Below are positions 31,436-41,895 of a stretch of 64,000 nt of DNA, piece after piece. Positions within the stretch are counted from its first letter, which is position 1; each line of letters starts with the position of its first letter. Source of the stretch: an uncultured Gammaproteobacteria bacterium. GTDB taxonomy: Bacteria; Patescibacteriota; Microgenomatia; Levybacterales; UBA12049. Location: contig CAZFRF010000001.1 in NCBI GenBank assembly GCA_964521295.1, forward strand, positions 398,146 to 462,145, read 5' to 3'. The position numbers and the translations under genes are program-made. The notes beneath the pieces are model-generated. The model made no database searches. It was not told the origin of the DNA and saw nothing but the letters and a program-made list of their open reading frames with translations.

Positions 31436-32620
31436 TTAATTAACATGAAGATAGTAGCTTTGTGTTCCATCATTATGTTCAATCCTAGAATAAAGTAATT
31501 GCCCACCACCGCATGCAATTCCTCCCTTATAAAGGGTGCCACCTTTTACAGCTTTTACTGATCTTGTAGATGTAGATGACATATCTATTCCAGTGTGAGG
31601 ACCGCCGCCATAATATACATTTGACCAAGCAGTTATACCATATCCTTGATTTATTGAAACAGGATCTGACAAAGGCCAAGTCCAAGAACCACTAAAGCTA
31701 AATTGTCCGTCAGGGCTATTATTCCATGTCACAGATTTATTACTTAAATAATTTCCTGGGTTATCTCTATTTCCGCCATTTTTCACTTCAAAATGCAAAT
31801 GTGTTCCTGAGGAACAAGTTGATGCTCCGCTTATCATACTTCCAATAGTATCACCTTCGTTAACAGGTCCCTGTGATATATCATCTCCACCTCCTGAGGT
31901 TATGCCAGCGATAGCTCTTTGTTCAGCAAGTGCTTTTTCAAGCCTATCCTGATAAATAGCTTCATCATTTTTTGTCAGTTCTAAAAGAGTATCTTTTTCT
32001 CGTTTTTCATTTGCTAGTTGAGTCGTATATCCTTCAAGATCTTTTTGTAATGATTGTATTTTCAGCTTTTTTCCTTCCAAAAGATTTTTTTGATTAGAAT
32101 AGTCATTTTTTGCTTGAACTGTGTCATAAATTAGTCTCTTATCACTCTGCTGAGCTATTTTTAGATAATTTGCTCTGACCATAAGATCAGAAATATTATT
32201 TGATGAAAGTAAAGTCTGAAAATTATTAGCTGATCCTGCTATATACGTTGCCCTTATTCTATTTATTAGAATTTCTGTTATGCCACTTAATGAGTTGTCC
32301 AATTTTTCTACTTTGTTATCAGCAATATCAATATCTAAAGTTATATCCGTTATCTGTTGTTTCGAAGATTCTATCTTTAAAGTTGTTAGTTCTATTTGAT
32401 TGTCCATCACTTGAATTTGAGATGATAGAGTCTTAGCTTGTCCCTGAAGTTCCGAAATTTTACTTTGATATTCATTAATCTGCTTTTGTAATTCGCTTGT
32501 TTTTGAAGCTTGCTCAGGAGAAACAGAAGGGGTAATAGACTGCGCATAAACAAAATTTAGTTCACTAAAAAATATAAGATTAATAGCAATGATTATTATT
32601 AATTTAAATTTGGACAGCAT
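31436..32620 (-). CDS. M23 family metallopeptidase with a long N-terminal coiled coil (EnvC-like)
   Basis: Signal peptide, Q/E/L-rich coiled coil, and C-terminal HTGIDM...HLHFEV M23 motifs. Confidence 0.7.
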   Translation of the reverse strand: MLSKFKLIIIIAINLIFFSELNFVYAQSITPSVSPEQASKTSELQKQINEYQSKISELQGQAKTLSSQIQVMDNQIELTTLKIESSKQQITDITLDIDIADNKVEKLDNSLSGITEILINRIRATYIAGSANNFQTLLSSNNISDLMVRANYLKIAQQSDKRLIYDTVQAKNDYSNQKNLLEGKKLKIQSLQKDLEGYTTQLANEKREKDTLLELTKNDEAIYQDRLEKALAEQRAIAGITSGGGDDISQGPVNEGDTIGSMISGASTCSSGTHLHFEVKNGGNRDNPGNYLSNKSVTWNNSPDGQFSFSGSWTWPLSDPVSINQGYGITAWSNVYYGGGPHTGIDMSSTSTRSVKAVKGGTLYKGGIACGGGQLLYSRIEHNDGTQSYYLHVN

Positions 32621-32640
32621 TGTGAATTACCTGATTTGAA

Positions 32641-32877
32641 TTATTTAGATTTTCTAGTGTTTAAATAGAAACCGATTGAAATTATAAACAAAGATATAAC
32701 TAAGAATCCTAATAAAACCATGTCATGGAATAATCTTGATTCAATCCCAAATACTGCCGGACAACCAATATTACCACAAAACGGAGTTCCCCCAAACTCA
32801 TCTCTAATTTTAAACTGAACTAAAGATAAAACTATAAGGATGGAAGAGATGGAAATTATTAATTTTTTTCTAGTCAT
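32641..32877 (-). CDS. small membrane protein with a CGNIGC Cys pair, hypothetical
   Basis: 78 aa, two TM helices. Its start overlaps the upstream DsbA stop. Confidence 0.3.
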   Translation of the reverse strand: MTRKKLIISISSILIVLSLVQFKIRDEFGGTPFCGNIGCPAVFGIESRLFHDMVLLGFLVISLFIISIGFYLNTRKSK

Positions 32878-33536
32878 AGCTCGGCGTCTATTTTGCCTTT
32901 AAACTCCTCGTAACTCATTACATTCCCTGCAAACATGCCATTGATATAGAATGTTGGAGTTCCATTAACACCTATCTCAATTCCTTCCTGCTTATCTCTA
33001 TTGGCTTTTTCATTATATTTGCCACTCTCAAGAACTGCTTTAAACTTTTCTATATCCAGATCCAACTCCTGTGCATATTTAATAAACAATTCTGTTTGAG
33101 GCTCTTTTTTTTCGCCCCAATCGAGCTGGTCCTCAAATAATTTGTCATGATATTCCCAATATTTTCCTTGTTCTCCTGCAGCCTCTACCGCATTAACTGC
33201 GAGAAGGGAATTATTATGATTTGGGAAATTTCTTACAACAAAATTTACTTTTCCTTCGTATTCTTTAAGAATCTGTTTAGAAACAGGGTGTACTGCCTTA
33301 CATGCTTCGCATTCATAATCAATAAACTCTACGATCGTTACTTTAGCATTCGGAACTATTATTTTTTGACTGTCTTCTCTAATAAGCTTTTTAGGATCAA
33401 TTTTTTGGGTCGCAAGCTGAGGGCTTTTTGATGATGGCACAGAATCTTTACTTAAAAAGAAAATTGCACCTCCTAGAATTACTAGCGTAATAAATCCTAA
33501 GCTCAATAATGCTTTTGCTTCACCACTTATGTTCAT
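32874..33536 (-). CDS. DsbA-like thiol:disulfide oxidoreductase
   Basis: TM anchor and a thioredoxin fold with the CEAC active site. Confidence 0.7.
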   Translation of the reverse strand: MNISGEAKALLSLGFITLVILGGAIFFLSKDSVPSSKSPQLATQKIDPKKLIREDSQKIIVPNAKVTIVEFIDYECEACKAVHPVSKQILKEYEGKVNFVVRNFPNHNNSLLAVNAVEAAGEQGKYWEYHDKLFEDQLDWGEKKEPQTELFIKYAQELDLDIEKFKAVLESGKYNEKANRDKQEGIEIGVNGTPTFYINGMFAGNVMSYEEFKGKIDAEL

Positions 33537-33961
33537 TCTTCTTGGACCTTTCTATAAATAAGCATACAAATAGTTATTACAGCAAAAGCTGTTAATGATA
33601 GGAATGGAATAGTAATAAATCCAAACCATGCAAAAAACTTCGTAGTGCATGAGATACCTAACTGACACGGTTTTATAGCTTCAGGAATTAAACCATAGTA
33701 AAGTAGGTTGTGATATCCTGAAATTACGAGTCCCGTTATGCTTAATGGCAGAACATACCTATAAATCCGTTTATTTTTTTCGAGAATTCCAACAGCAATA
33801 ATTACAACTAGCGGATACATTAATATCCGCTGATACCAACACAACACGCATGGAGTAAACTTCATTATTTCACTAAAGAAAAGGCTGCCTGACATTGCAA
33901 CTAGAGCCTGAATCCAGGCAATATATAATATATTTTTTTCTAAAAATTTTGTCATTTTCAT
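33533..33961 (-). CDS. DsbB-like disulfide bond formation protein
   Basis: Four TM helices, CVLCWYQR and a C-x-x-x-x-x-C pair in the second loop. Confidence 0.65.
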   Translation of the reverse strand: MKMTKFLEKNILYIAWIQALVAMSGSLFFSEIMKFTPCVLCWYQRILMYPLVVIIAVGILEKNKRIYRYVLPLSITGLVISGYHNLLYYGLIPEAIKPCQLGISCTTKFFAWFGFITIPFLSLTAFAVITICMLIYRKVQEE

Positions 33962-34227
33962 TCTCTTGCTAATTCTGCATCATAATTATCATCAATACCT
34001 CTAATAATAGTGACCAGTTTTTCAACTGATGTTACCTCAGGATCAAAAGTCACTTCAGTTACTTGCTTAGCATAGTTAGTTTTAGATTCTTTAACTCCTT
34101 CCGAATCTTCAAGCTCACCATCAATATTCATTGCACAACTTGTACAATGCATCCCAAAGATATTTAGCTTAATTTTGTTCATAATTATATTACATTTATT
34201 GTTCCACGAAACATTCCCATACTGCAC
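33958..34227 (-). CDS. heavy-metal-associated (HMA) domain protein (CopZ-like)
   Basis: GMHCTSCAMNI metal-binding motif. The true start is probably the internal MNKIKL at 34182, which would remove the overlap with the upstream gene. Confidence 0.65.
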   Translation of the reverse strand: MQYGNVSWNNKCNIIMNKIKLNIFGMHCTSCAMNIDGELEDSEGVKESKTNYAKQVTEVTFDPEVTSVEKLVTIIRGIDDNYDAELARE

Positions 34228-35222
34228 ATAAAAGCAAGTTGTGTTCCAGGTTCATTAGGAGCCGTAAAAGTGATTGTATCTGAATTACCCGTTGTTACGA
34301 TTTTCTGAATGTTAAATTTCGGTATCGTAAAAGCCTGAGCGCAACCTCCTCCACCATTATTTACCAAACGAAGCGTAACTTTTGATCCTGCTTTTACAGT
34401 TAAATTATCAGGGGTATATCCATTACCGTTTATCGTAATTGTTGCGTCAGTTACAGGATTTCCAGCTTTTAATCCTGAGGAATTAAAATCTTTATCACAA
34501 AAACTTATCGTGCAGTAAAAACTAGACCACGCATTTTCTAGAGTAAAATTGCTTCCAGTAAGAGCTAGGGCATTATTCATATTAAAAACTGCAAGAAGAA
34601 TAAGAGCATAAGCAGCCAACTTCATAAATCTTTTCTGCATAGCTTCTCCTAATCTTGTTGCCATATACCCTAAAATAAAAAATAGAGGTGAAGTACCTAA
34701 TACAAAAGCAAACATTATGGCTGCTCCTGAAAGCGGATTACCTGATGCGATTGCCAACGCCATCATAGCTTGAGTAGTTCCGCAGGGTATAAATACTGTA
34801 AATGCTCCAAGTATTGCAGGAGCAAATATACTTTTACTTTTTGATTCTTTTCTAACTAAACGGGTTAAAAAACGAGGAGGTTGAATAATAAAATATCTAA
34901 ATATCGGATGTACATTAAGTAACGCAAGTGCTGTACCTATCATAAAAATTGCCACAGCAATCTGAAGAAGAACATTTGTCGTAAGAGACATTTGGAAAAA
35001 AGATCCAAACCATCCAAGAAAAAACCCCAAAAATGTATATGCGACGAGTTTTGCAAGAACAAATGCAAGGATAGGAAGAGCATTACCTGTTTTTTTTGTT
35101 TTATCTTTTAACTTTTCTTCCTCTCGCTGCGCAATAGTAGTCGCAAGAAGTCCACCTTGTACTGCCAAACACGTAAGTGCTCCAGCAAAAAGTCCTGTTA
35201 AGAATATTGTTAATAAACTCAT
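34185..35222 (-). CDS. CcdA/DsbD-like (COG2836-type) membrane permease with a C-terminal cupredoxin-like domain
   Basis: Conserved Cys in TM1 (TCLAVQGG) and TM4 (IPCGTTQAM). The C-terminal soluble domain is beta-rich with Cys/Met (GGGGCAQAF...MCSMGMF). Confidence 0.4.
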   Translation of the reverse strand: MSLLTIFLTGLFAGALTCLAVQGGLLATTIAQREEEKLKDKTKKTGNALPILAFVLAKLVAYTFLGFFLGWFGSFFQMSLTTNVLLQIAVAIFMIGTALALLNVHPIFRYFIIQPPRFLTRLVRKESKSKSIFAPAILGAFTVFIPCGTTQAMMALAIASGNPLSGAAIMFAFVLGTSPLFFILGYMATRLGEAMQKRFMKLAAYALILLAVFNMNNALALTGSNFTLENAWSSFYCTISFCDKDFNSSGLKAGNPVTDATITINGNGYTPDNLTVKAGSKVTLRLVNNGGGGCAQAFTIPKFNIQKIVTTGNSDTITFTAPNEPGTQLAFMCSMGMFRGTINVI

Positions 35223-35225
35223 AAT

Positions 35226-36053
35226 TTATTTTAATTGTTTATCAATTTCAGTTTGAAATTCACTATAAGGCTGGGCTCCTATTATAGGTGTGCCAGTAAT
35301 GACTCCGTCAGAACTTGATTTTCCTATAAAAAACGATGGCGTACCAGTTGCTCCAACAGATGATGCATCAGCTAAATCTTTGTCTACTTCTTTCTTATAT
35401 TTCTCAGAATCCAAACATGCTTGCAATGCTGCTCCACTCAAACCAATATCATCTGCAATAACAGAAAGGTCTGTTAAAGCTATTCCGGCACCATTAGACG
35501 TGGTTCTCTTAAAAATCTCGTCATGATACTTGAAGTATGCGTCATCTCCACCTTGCTCTCTTGCGCACTCTGCTGCCTGTGCTTCCTTATGGGCATTTGC
35601 ATGAAAACTTAATGGCAAATCCCGAACAACATATTTTATTTTTCCTGTGTCTATATAGTTTTTCTTAATTTCAGAAAATGTTTCATCAAAATATCTCTTA
35701 CAGAATGGACATTCATAATCTGTAAAGTCTATCATGGTAACCTTAGCATCTTTATTACCTAGAATTGGATCATCATCTATCGATACTTTTTTAGGCGTAG
35801 TATCTTCAGGGGGATTTGCTTGAGAATCTCCAACTGCCTGCGGATCAGCTTGAATACTATTGCTTGATCCATTTGAATCTTCTAAGTAATTTACCTTTGT
35901 CCAAAGAGATCCTATTACAAAAGCTGCTAACACAAGCAATATCATTAAAATATACTGGATTTTGTTAGTTTTATTTATAGCAGGGGATAAACTCTTAGTA
36001 TCTTTATCGTCAACTAAACTATTTGTTTTAAATTTAGGTATTAGTCTTTTCAT
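35226..36053 (-). CDS. DsbA-like thioredoxin-fold oxidoreductase
   Basis: TM anchor, low-complexity linker, CPFC active site. Confidence 0.65.
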   Translation of the reverse strand: MKRLIPKFKTNSLVDDKDTKSLSPAINKTNKIQYILMILLVLAAFVIGSLWTKVNYLEDSNGSSNSIQADPQAVGDSQANPPEDTTPKKVSIDDDPILGNKDAKVTMIDFTDYECPFCKRYFDETFSEIKKNYIDTGKIKYVVRDLPLSFHANAHKEAQAAECAREQGGDDAYFKYHDEIFKRTTSNGAGIALTDLSVIADDIGLSGAALQACLDSEKYKKEVDKDLADASSVGATGTPSFFIGKSSSDGVITGTPIIGAQPYSEFQTEIDKQLK

Positions 36054-36123
36054 ATTCTTACTACGTATTGTAGTAGTAACTATTTTGCTTTGTCAAGAGC
36101 AATAATATTTAGATATTCTCTAT

Positions 36124-37140
36124 CTAATGCGCTGGGGTAAAAAGTTGCTCGGATTGTAAAGATTTATTATTTACTTCAGGTATTTCCGAATAAAATTTTT
36201 CTAAATTCTTTGGATCAGAACATGAATTTTTACAATTTCCATCAGCGCAAAGCATTATTACATCATGATTTTCATGATGTAATTCTCTTGCGTGAACAGG
36301 TAAAACAAAGACTGCAGTCAAAATTGCAAATGAAATCATGCTAAGTACTAGATTTTTAAAATTAAGCCTTCTTTTTTTATATGGTTTATTAAGTAATGAA
36401 AAAATTCTTGGTTCCAACGTATCATGATCTGCAATAGCAGCAACTACAACCATTTCAACAGTTGGAAAAGCGATAAGCTTCCTAAGTGCCGAAATAAGGA
36501 CATTCTGATCTCCTACTTTAGCGATAGAAAACTTATCCGCATCTATCTCTCTTTCAATTCTATATTTTTTTATCAAATCTCCTACAATTGGAAAAAATGG
36601 GAAGAGGGAGTATGCAACTGAGGCAACGGTCATTATAAAGGTATCATTTCTTTCAAGATGATACTGCTCATGCCTTAATACAGCTTCAAGCTCTCTCATT
36701 GTCAAGCCAGAAGAAAGACCTGTTGAGAAATAAATTTTAGGTTTTCTAAATCCCAAGCAAAACGCAAATCTTTTTTTTGATTTTATTAACACAGCTTTAT
36801 TTTGTAAACCCAAATTCGATAAGAAGATATTTGTATTTTTATCAGAGATTGCATCTTTTTTTAGCTTAATCCTAAGATCATGAACTTTAATGTTCAAAAC
36901 GAAAAATTTTAAAAATGAAATTACTAAAATTACTGAAAGAAACAAGAAGGGAATTATGCTTAGATAAAAAGGGATGGGAATCATCTTTGCATCAACCAAT
37001 AATGATTGACAGTAGTAAGTTACATGACCTATAAGCGGAAACAGCTTTTGAAATGTCAAAAATAGGACCATTCCTAATAAAATAAGAAGCCCTAAAAATG
37101 TAACTAAATTTCTATTTATTATTCTCATCATACTCATCAA
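36124..37140 (-). CDS. BlaR1/MecR1-like M56 family membrane zinc metalloprotease (signal transducer)
   Basis: Four TM helices, HEQYHLERND (HExxH with a downstream E). Translationally coupled (overlap) to a BlaI/CopY-family repressor gene. Confidence 0.65.
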   Translation of the reverse strand: MMSMMRIINRNLVTFLGLLILLGMVLFLTFQKLFPLIGHVTYYCQSLLVDAKMIPIPFYLSIIPFLFLSVILVISFLKFFVLNIKVHDLRIKLKKDAISDKNTNIFLSNLGLQNKAVLIKSKKRFAFCLGFRKPKIYFSTGLSSGLTMRELEAVLRHEQYHLERNDTFIMTVASVAYSLFPFFPIVGDLIKKYRIEREIDADKFSIAKVGDQNVLISALRKLIAFPTVEMVVVAAIADHDTLEPRIFSLLNKPYKKRRLNFKNLVLSMISFAILTAVFVLPVHARELHHENHDVIMLCADGNCKNSCSDPKNLEKFYSEIPEVNNKSLQSEQLFTPAH

Positions 37141-37495
37141 GAATTTTTAAAAAATATTTTCTTTTTTCGGCAGGTAATTCATCTATACTTTCCGCGAATG
37201 AAGCTACCGCTGTATCTCCATATGAATTAATAAAATTCTTTATAAATGATTTGGCAACATTTTTAGTATATTTTTCTTTTGAAACTTTAGGCGAATAAAT
37301 ATGTCCGGTGGCATTTTCTTTTCGAATGAGTAATCCTTTGTCGTAGAGTCTTTGAAGAATTGTTGCTACAGTTGTGTAAGCTAGCTTCTTGTCTTTCTCA
37401 AGCTCAATAAGTACATCTCGGACAGAGCAACTTTTACGCTCCCAAACAATGTCCATTATACGTTGCTCAAGTTCACCTAAAGAAGTCGATTTCAT
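37112..37495 (-). CDS. BlaI/MecI/CopY family transcriptional repressor
   Basis: Winged-helix N-terminus LEQRIMDIVWERKSCSVRDVLIEL...YTTVATILQRLYDKGLL. Confidence 0.75.
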   Translation of the reverse strand: MKSTSLGELEQRIMDIVWERKSCSVRDVLIELEKDKKLAYTTVATILQRLYDKGLLIRKENATGHIYSPKVSKEKYTKNVAKSFIKNFINSYGDTAVASFAESIDELPAEKRKYFLKILDEYDENNK

Positions 37496-37532
37496 AATAC
37501 TACATATTGTAGCAGGTTAGATAAAAAAATCA

Positions 37533-38453
37533 CTATTTTAAATATTTATCAAAAAAGTTGATCGTTCTTTCAGAAATCAAATCCCATCCCAAGTTTTGAA
37601 AGTTGTGATCTTGCCCTTTATATTCAAAGTATTCTATCTGCTTATTTTCTTTTTCTAAAGAGTTTAAAAGAGTGATGCTTGTTTTAGGATCAACTTCTGC
37701 ATCTAATAATCCTTGATGCAAACTAACTGGTAATAAAATATATTTAAGATTATCCATAAGATCAACATCTGAAGTATGACCACCACCGAGCGTTGGCGCC
37801 CAAAGGACTAATGCTTTTATTTTGTTTGTAGCTTCAACGGTTCGTAGAGACACCTCTCCACCCATGCTATGGCCCCACATGCCAACACGGGTTGGATCTG
37901 CTTTCTCTATATTCTCTACAGAAGCAATTAAATTGAGCACGTCTATTGCGTATTCTGGTTGATGACCTCCACCTTCTCCTTCAGATTCTCCATGCCCGCG
38001 ATAATCTGAAGCTAGAGTTATATAGCCATTATTTGCCAAAATTGTTGCCATTCCATTGGTCCCATCTCCAGTTTTAAATGTACGAATATTATAATAACCA
38101 TGATTGAGAAGAATTATGGGAAAGGGCCCATTTCCGTCTGGAATATTCATTGCAGCATAAATTTTGAGATTATCAGATGTGTATGAAATTATATATGGAG
38201 TAAAATTAGATTTTTTTGGAAGTTTTTTCTCAATTGTTATTTCTCCTTTGTTAAATTTGCGTAGACGCAGTTGTTCAATAAATGAATTTTCATCTTTAGT
38301 TGTAGCTTCTTGTAAGGTGCTATTTACTAATGAAGTGTTCTTATTGGTTGTTTTAAAGCCTTCCGTTGATAAATTTGTCTTTTTCCAATAAAAAAAGCCA
38401 CCAGCAATCATCACTACCAATATTACTAATAAAATATTTCGCAACTTCATCAT
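37533..38453 (-). CDS. secreted alpha/beta hydrolase (dienelactone hydrolase / S9-like)
   Basis: Signal anchor and a GHSMGG nucleophile elbow. Confidence 0.55.
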   Translation of the reverse strand: MMKLRNILLVILVVMIAGGFFYWKKTNLSTEGFKTTNKNTSLVNSTLQEATTKDENSFIEQLRLRKFNKGEITIEKKLPKKSNFTPYIISYTSDNLKIYAAMNIPDGNGPFPIILLNHGYYNIRTFKTGDGTNGMATILANNGYITLASDYRGHGESEGEGGGHQPEYAIDVLNLIASVENIEKADPTRVGMWGHSMGGEVSLRTVEATNKIKALVLWAPTLGGGHTSDVDLMDNLKYILLPVSLHQGLLDAEVDPKTSITLLNSLEKENKQIEYFEYKGQDHNFQNLGWDLISERTINFFDKYLK

Positions 38454-38459
38454 TATAAA

Positions 38460-39383
38460 TTATCGAACTTTGTTCCATGAAATCCCTTCATCTGTACTTT
38501 TATAAATACTGTTTTTATCTGTGAGCAGGTAAAGCATTTCAGGTTGTTTTTTGTTAAACGCTATATAAAGCGGCGTTTCTTGGGCAAAATTTACTTCAAT
38601 TTTTTCCCATGATTTCCCCCCATCTTTACTTTGCATAAGCTGTTGATCTTGGGAATAAATGAGTACCTGCTGAGGATTTTTGGGATGTATAGCAATTGCA
38701 GTTACGAGATCATCCAATAATTTATTCCAGGCATCACCTTTATTTGTACTTACCATTAGCCCCTGCTGACTTGCTGCATAAACAATGTTCTCATCATTTG
38801 GATCAGCTGCTAGACTTACAATAGGAAAAGTAGCACTCTTTACTATCTCCCAGTTTTTTCCTTCATCAGTAGTTCTTTGCAATTCTCCCATAAATGTACC
38901 ATAAATAAGATTTGGATTTGGGGGACTGACAGTCATTGTATGATAATCAACAGGTCCATTAATTCCATCTGATATTTTCTCCCAACTTAACCCACCGTCT
39001 TCACTTTTTTGAAATCCTAAATTTCCACCTGTTTGCGGATGTCCACTGCTAAAATATACTTTGGGATTAGTGGGATGTGCTGAAAAACCCATCAAATCGT
39101 CCTCAACGGTACCGATTCGAGAAAGTATTGAGTCATTTTGCAAGACCAATAATCCGTGATGGGTAGCAATATACAATTTACTTCCATCCACTACATCAAC
39201 GCTTAATCCATGTGCATGCGATATGGAATCAACAGGAGTAAGTTGATTTTCTGATATCAGCGTGTTGGATGATTGACTATTTGTACTTTGCTTATTCTTG
39301 TCTCTGGAACTTGCTACAACAATTCCAATCACTAACAGTAATGTTATTCCAACTACACCATAAATAATATATTTATTTTTCAT
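38460..39383 (-). CDS. BNR/Asp-box repeat beta-propeller protein (Ycf48-like)
   Basis: Repeated S/TxDGGxSW motifs: SEDGGLSWE, TDEGKNWE, KDGGKSWE, TDEGISWN. Confidence 0.55.
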   Translation of the reverse strand: MKNKYIIYGVVGITLLLVIGIVVASSRDKNKQSTNSQSSNTLISENQLTPVDSISHAHGLSVDVVDGSKLYIATHHGLLVLQNDSILSRIGTVEDDLMGFSAHPTNPKVYFSSGHPQTGGNLGFQKSEDGGLSWEKISDGINGPVDYHTMTVSPPNPNLIYGTFMGELQRTTDEGKNWEIVKSATFPIVSLAADPNDENIVYAASQQGLMVSTNKGDAWNKLLDDLVTAIAIHPKNPQQVLIYSQDQQLMQSKDGGKSWEKIEVNFAQETPLYIAFNKKQPEMLYLLTDKNSIYKSTDEGISWNKVR

Positions 39384-39385
39384 AA

Positions 39386-39583
39386 TTATATTTTGTACTC
39401 ATTCTTCATAGAAAATGATATGTTACCTCGCATAAAAAAACAAACGACAAATGATAATAAAAATATCAATATTGTAAAGCCAACATATGGTAGAAAATAG
39501 ATTAATCCAGAAACTAAGAAAAATCCTGTTGTAATAACCAACGAATTTATAAGTCTTCTGTGTAAAATAAAAAAGTTACTCAT
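39386..39583 (-). CDS. small hydrophobic protein, hypothetical
   Basis: 65 aa, two TM helices, sandwiched with 3-4 nt overlaps between copA and the propeller gene. Confidence 0.25.
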   Translation of the reverse strand: MSNFFILHRRLINSLVITTGFFLVSGLIYFLPYVGFTILIFLLSFVVCFFMRGNISFSMKNEYKI

Positions 39584-41892
39584 ATTTTAGATTTCTTTAA
39601 AAGAAGAGAATTTGTTATAACTGAAACGCTGCTAAATGCCATTGCAGCTCCTGCAATAGCAGGACTAAGCATAACTCCTGTAAATGGATACAAAATTCCA
39701 GCGGCAATTGGTATACCTATAATATTATAGAAAAATGCCCAGAAAAGATTTTGTTTTATTACACGCATAGTTGATCGAGATAGCCTTATAGCTTTGGGTA
39801 ATTTTGAGATATTACCACCAAGAAGGGTAATTCCCGCTGATTCAATTGCAACATCTGTCCCTGTACCCATCGCAACTCCAACATCAGCAGTAGCAAGCGC
39901 CGGAGCATCGTTAATACCATCCCCAACCATTGCCACCTTGTATCCTTCATCCTGTAACTTCTTAACCTCGTTTGCTTTATCTGCTGGGAGAACTTCAGCA
40001 ATTACTCGATCAATCCCTACTTGCTTTGCTATATGCTCTGCAGTACGACTGTTATCTCCAGTTAACATAGCTACTTTTATACCAAGGTCATGTAATGCTG
40101 ATACTGCTTCTTGTGCATCATCTTTTATCGTATCGGCAATAGCAATATACGCAAGAATTCCTTTTTTAGTTGCAAGAATTACTGGTGTTTTCCCCTGTGA
40201 AGTCATTTTCTTAATAAGATTAGCATCAACTTTTAATCCCAAATCTTCTACTAGCTTAAGATTTCCAGCAAAATATTGCACCCCAGCAATCGTCCCTTCG
40301 AGTCCTTTCCCTTCTAGTGCTTTAAAGTTTGAAACCGACAATAAGTCCACCTTGTCTTCATTTGCCTTTTCTACAACAGCTTGAGCCAATGGGTGTTCTG
40401 ATTGTTTTTCAAGAGATGCAAGAAGCTGCAGCACCTTTTTCTGCGCTATTTTTGCAGTTACATTAACATCAGTAACTGCAGGCTTACCATTGGTTATAGT
40501 TCCTGTTTTATCCATTACAACAAAGTTAATACTTTGGAATTTCTCAAGACTTTCTGCATTTTTAATCAAAATTCCATTCTGTGCTGCCTTTCCAACTCCA
40601 ACTATTACCGCTGTTGGGGTTGCAAGTCCCATTGCGCAAGGACAAGCAATGACAAGAATACCAACAAAACTAATCAAACCAAGTGAAAATGCCTGTGAAA
40701 TTGGCATAAATTGAGAACCAATAATAATCCATATAAGAAACATAACTACTGCAAAAACCAAAACAATAGGAACAAAAACACCAGATACTTGATCTGCAAT
40801 TCTTTCTATAGGAGCCTTTGATCCCTGTGCTGACTCAACCATTTTGATAATTTGCGATAACACCGTTTGCTCGCCTACTTGAGTCGCTTTCATCTGAAAT
40901 GCACCATATTTATTCATCGTTGCACCAATCACAGAATCTCCAGCAACTTTATCTACAGGAATTGGTTCACCGGTAATCATTGATTCATCAACTGAAGATT
41001 TGCCAGAAATAATCTCACCATCTATTGGAATTTTTTGGCCCGGTTTAACAATTAAAATATCACCGACTACGACTTGCCCTATTGGGACCTCTAACTCTTT
41101 TCCGTCACGGATTACTACAGCAATTTTTGCACTAAGACCTAACAATTTTTCAATTGCCGCACCAGTTTTTAGTTTTGATTTCGCTTCAAGATACTTTCCC
41201 AACGTAATAAATCCGATAACGACAATCGTAACATCATAATATAACCCTTCAGGCGCATTCAAAAAAATCTTTATTTCAGGGAAGAACAGCATTATGCTAC
41301 TGTAAAAATATGCAACAAGAGTACCGATACCTACTAATGTATCCATATTGGCAACTCTATATTTGATAAAACGAGTGACACCTTCTATAAATGGTTTCCC
41401 AATCCAAAACATCACAGGTGTTGCTAAAATAAATGAAGCAATGTTAAAAGCATCCATAGAAAGTGGAAAAGTAGGCAAAAAAGCGACACGCTGCGAAAGG
41501 ATTTCCCAGAGCATAAGAATAAATACGATTATTGCTATCGGCATGACAAATATGGTTTTTTGTCGCATTTCTTCCAACTCTTTAAGCTTCTCTTCTTTTG
41601 ATTGAGATGTTCCTAAATGCTCTGAATGATCCATACCAGCTTGCTGACTATGATCCATCGTTTTATGCTCTGCGTGATTTTCTGTATTTACGAATGAGTA
41701 CCCAAGTTTATTTATTTCGCGATTCATTGTATTTACTGAAACTTGAGATGGATCATATGCGACTGAGGCTTTTTCAGTTGCAAAATTAACTTCACAACTC
41801 GATATACCTGGGAGCTTTTTTAACTTTCTTGTAATAATTGCACTACAACTTGCGCAATGCATACCTTTTATCTGAAACGTATTTGTTTCCAT
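39580..41892 (-). CDS. copA: copper-translocating P1B-type ATPase
   Basis: N-terminal HMA domain [15 protein letters not shown] motif ([12 protein letters not shown]), DKTGTIT phosphorylation site, GDGINDAP hinge. Confidence 0.9.
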   Translation of the reverse strand: METNTFQIKGMHCASCSAIITRKLKKLPGISSCEVNFATEKASVAYDPSQVSVNTMNREINKLGYSFVNTENHAEHKTMDHSQQAGMDHSEHLGTSQSKEEKLKELEEMRQKTIFVMPIAIIVFILMLWEILSQRVAFLPTFPLSMDAFNIASFILATPVMFWIGKPFIEGVTRFIKYRVANMDTLVGIGTLVAYFYSSIMLFFPEIKIFLNAPEGLYYDVTIVVIGFITLGKYLEAKSKLKTGAAIEKLLGLSAKIAVVIRDGKELEVPIGQVVVGDILIVKPGQKIPIDGEIISGKSSVDESMITGEPIPVDKVAGDSVIGATMNKYGAFQMKATQVGEQTVLSQIIKMVESAQGSKAPIERIADQVSGVFVPIVLVFAVVMFLIWIIIGSQFMPISQAFSLGLISFVGILVIACPCAMGLATPTAVIVGVGKAAQNGILIKNAESLEKFQSINFVVMDKTGTITNGKPAVTDVNVTAKIAQKKVLQLLASLEKQSEHPLAQAVVEKANEDKVDLLSVSNFKALEGKGLEGTIAGVQYFAGNLKLVEDLGLKVDANLIKKMTSQGKTPVILATKKGILAYIAIADTIKDDAQEAVSALHDLGIKVAMLTGDNSRTAEHIAKQVGIDRVIAEVLPADKANEVKKLQDEGYKVAMVGDGINDAPALATADVGVAMGTGTDVAIESAGITLLGGNISKLPKAIRLSRSTMRVIKQNLFWAFFYNIIGIPIAAGILYPFTGVMLSPAIAGAAMAFSSVSVITNSLLLKKSKI

Positions 41893-41895
41893 TTT

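Noticed and set aside
39786-41789. Several plus-strand ORFs (39794-40384, 40402-40714, 41000-41239, 41348-41789) and the minus-strand ORF 39786-40001, all lying inside the copA coding region
   Set aside because: They overlap, in other frames or on the antisense strand, a gene with unambiguous P-type ATPase motifs. They have Ser/Ala/Thr/Pro-rich low-complexity translations, typical of spurious ORFs in a GC-richer gene.
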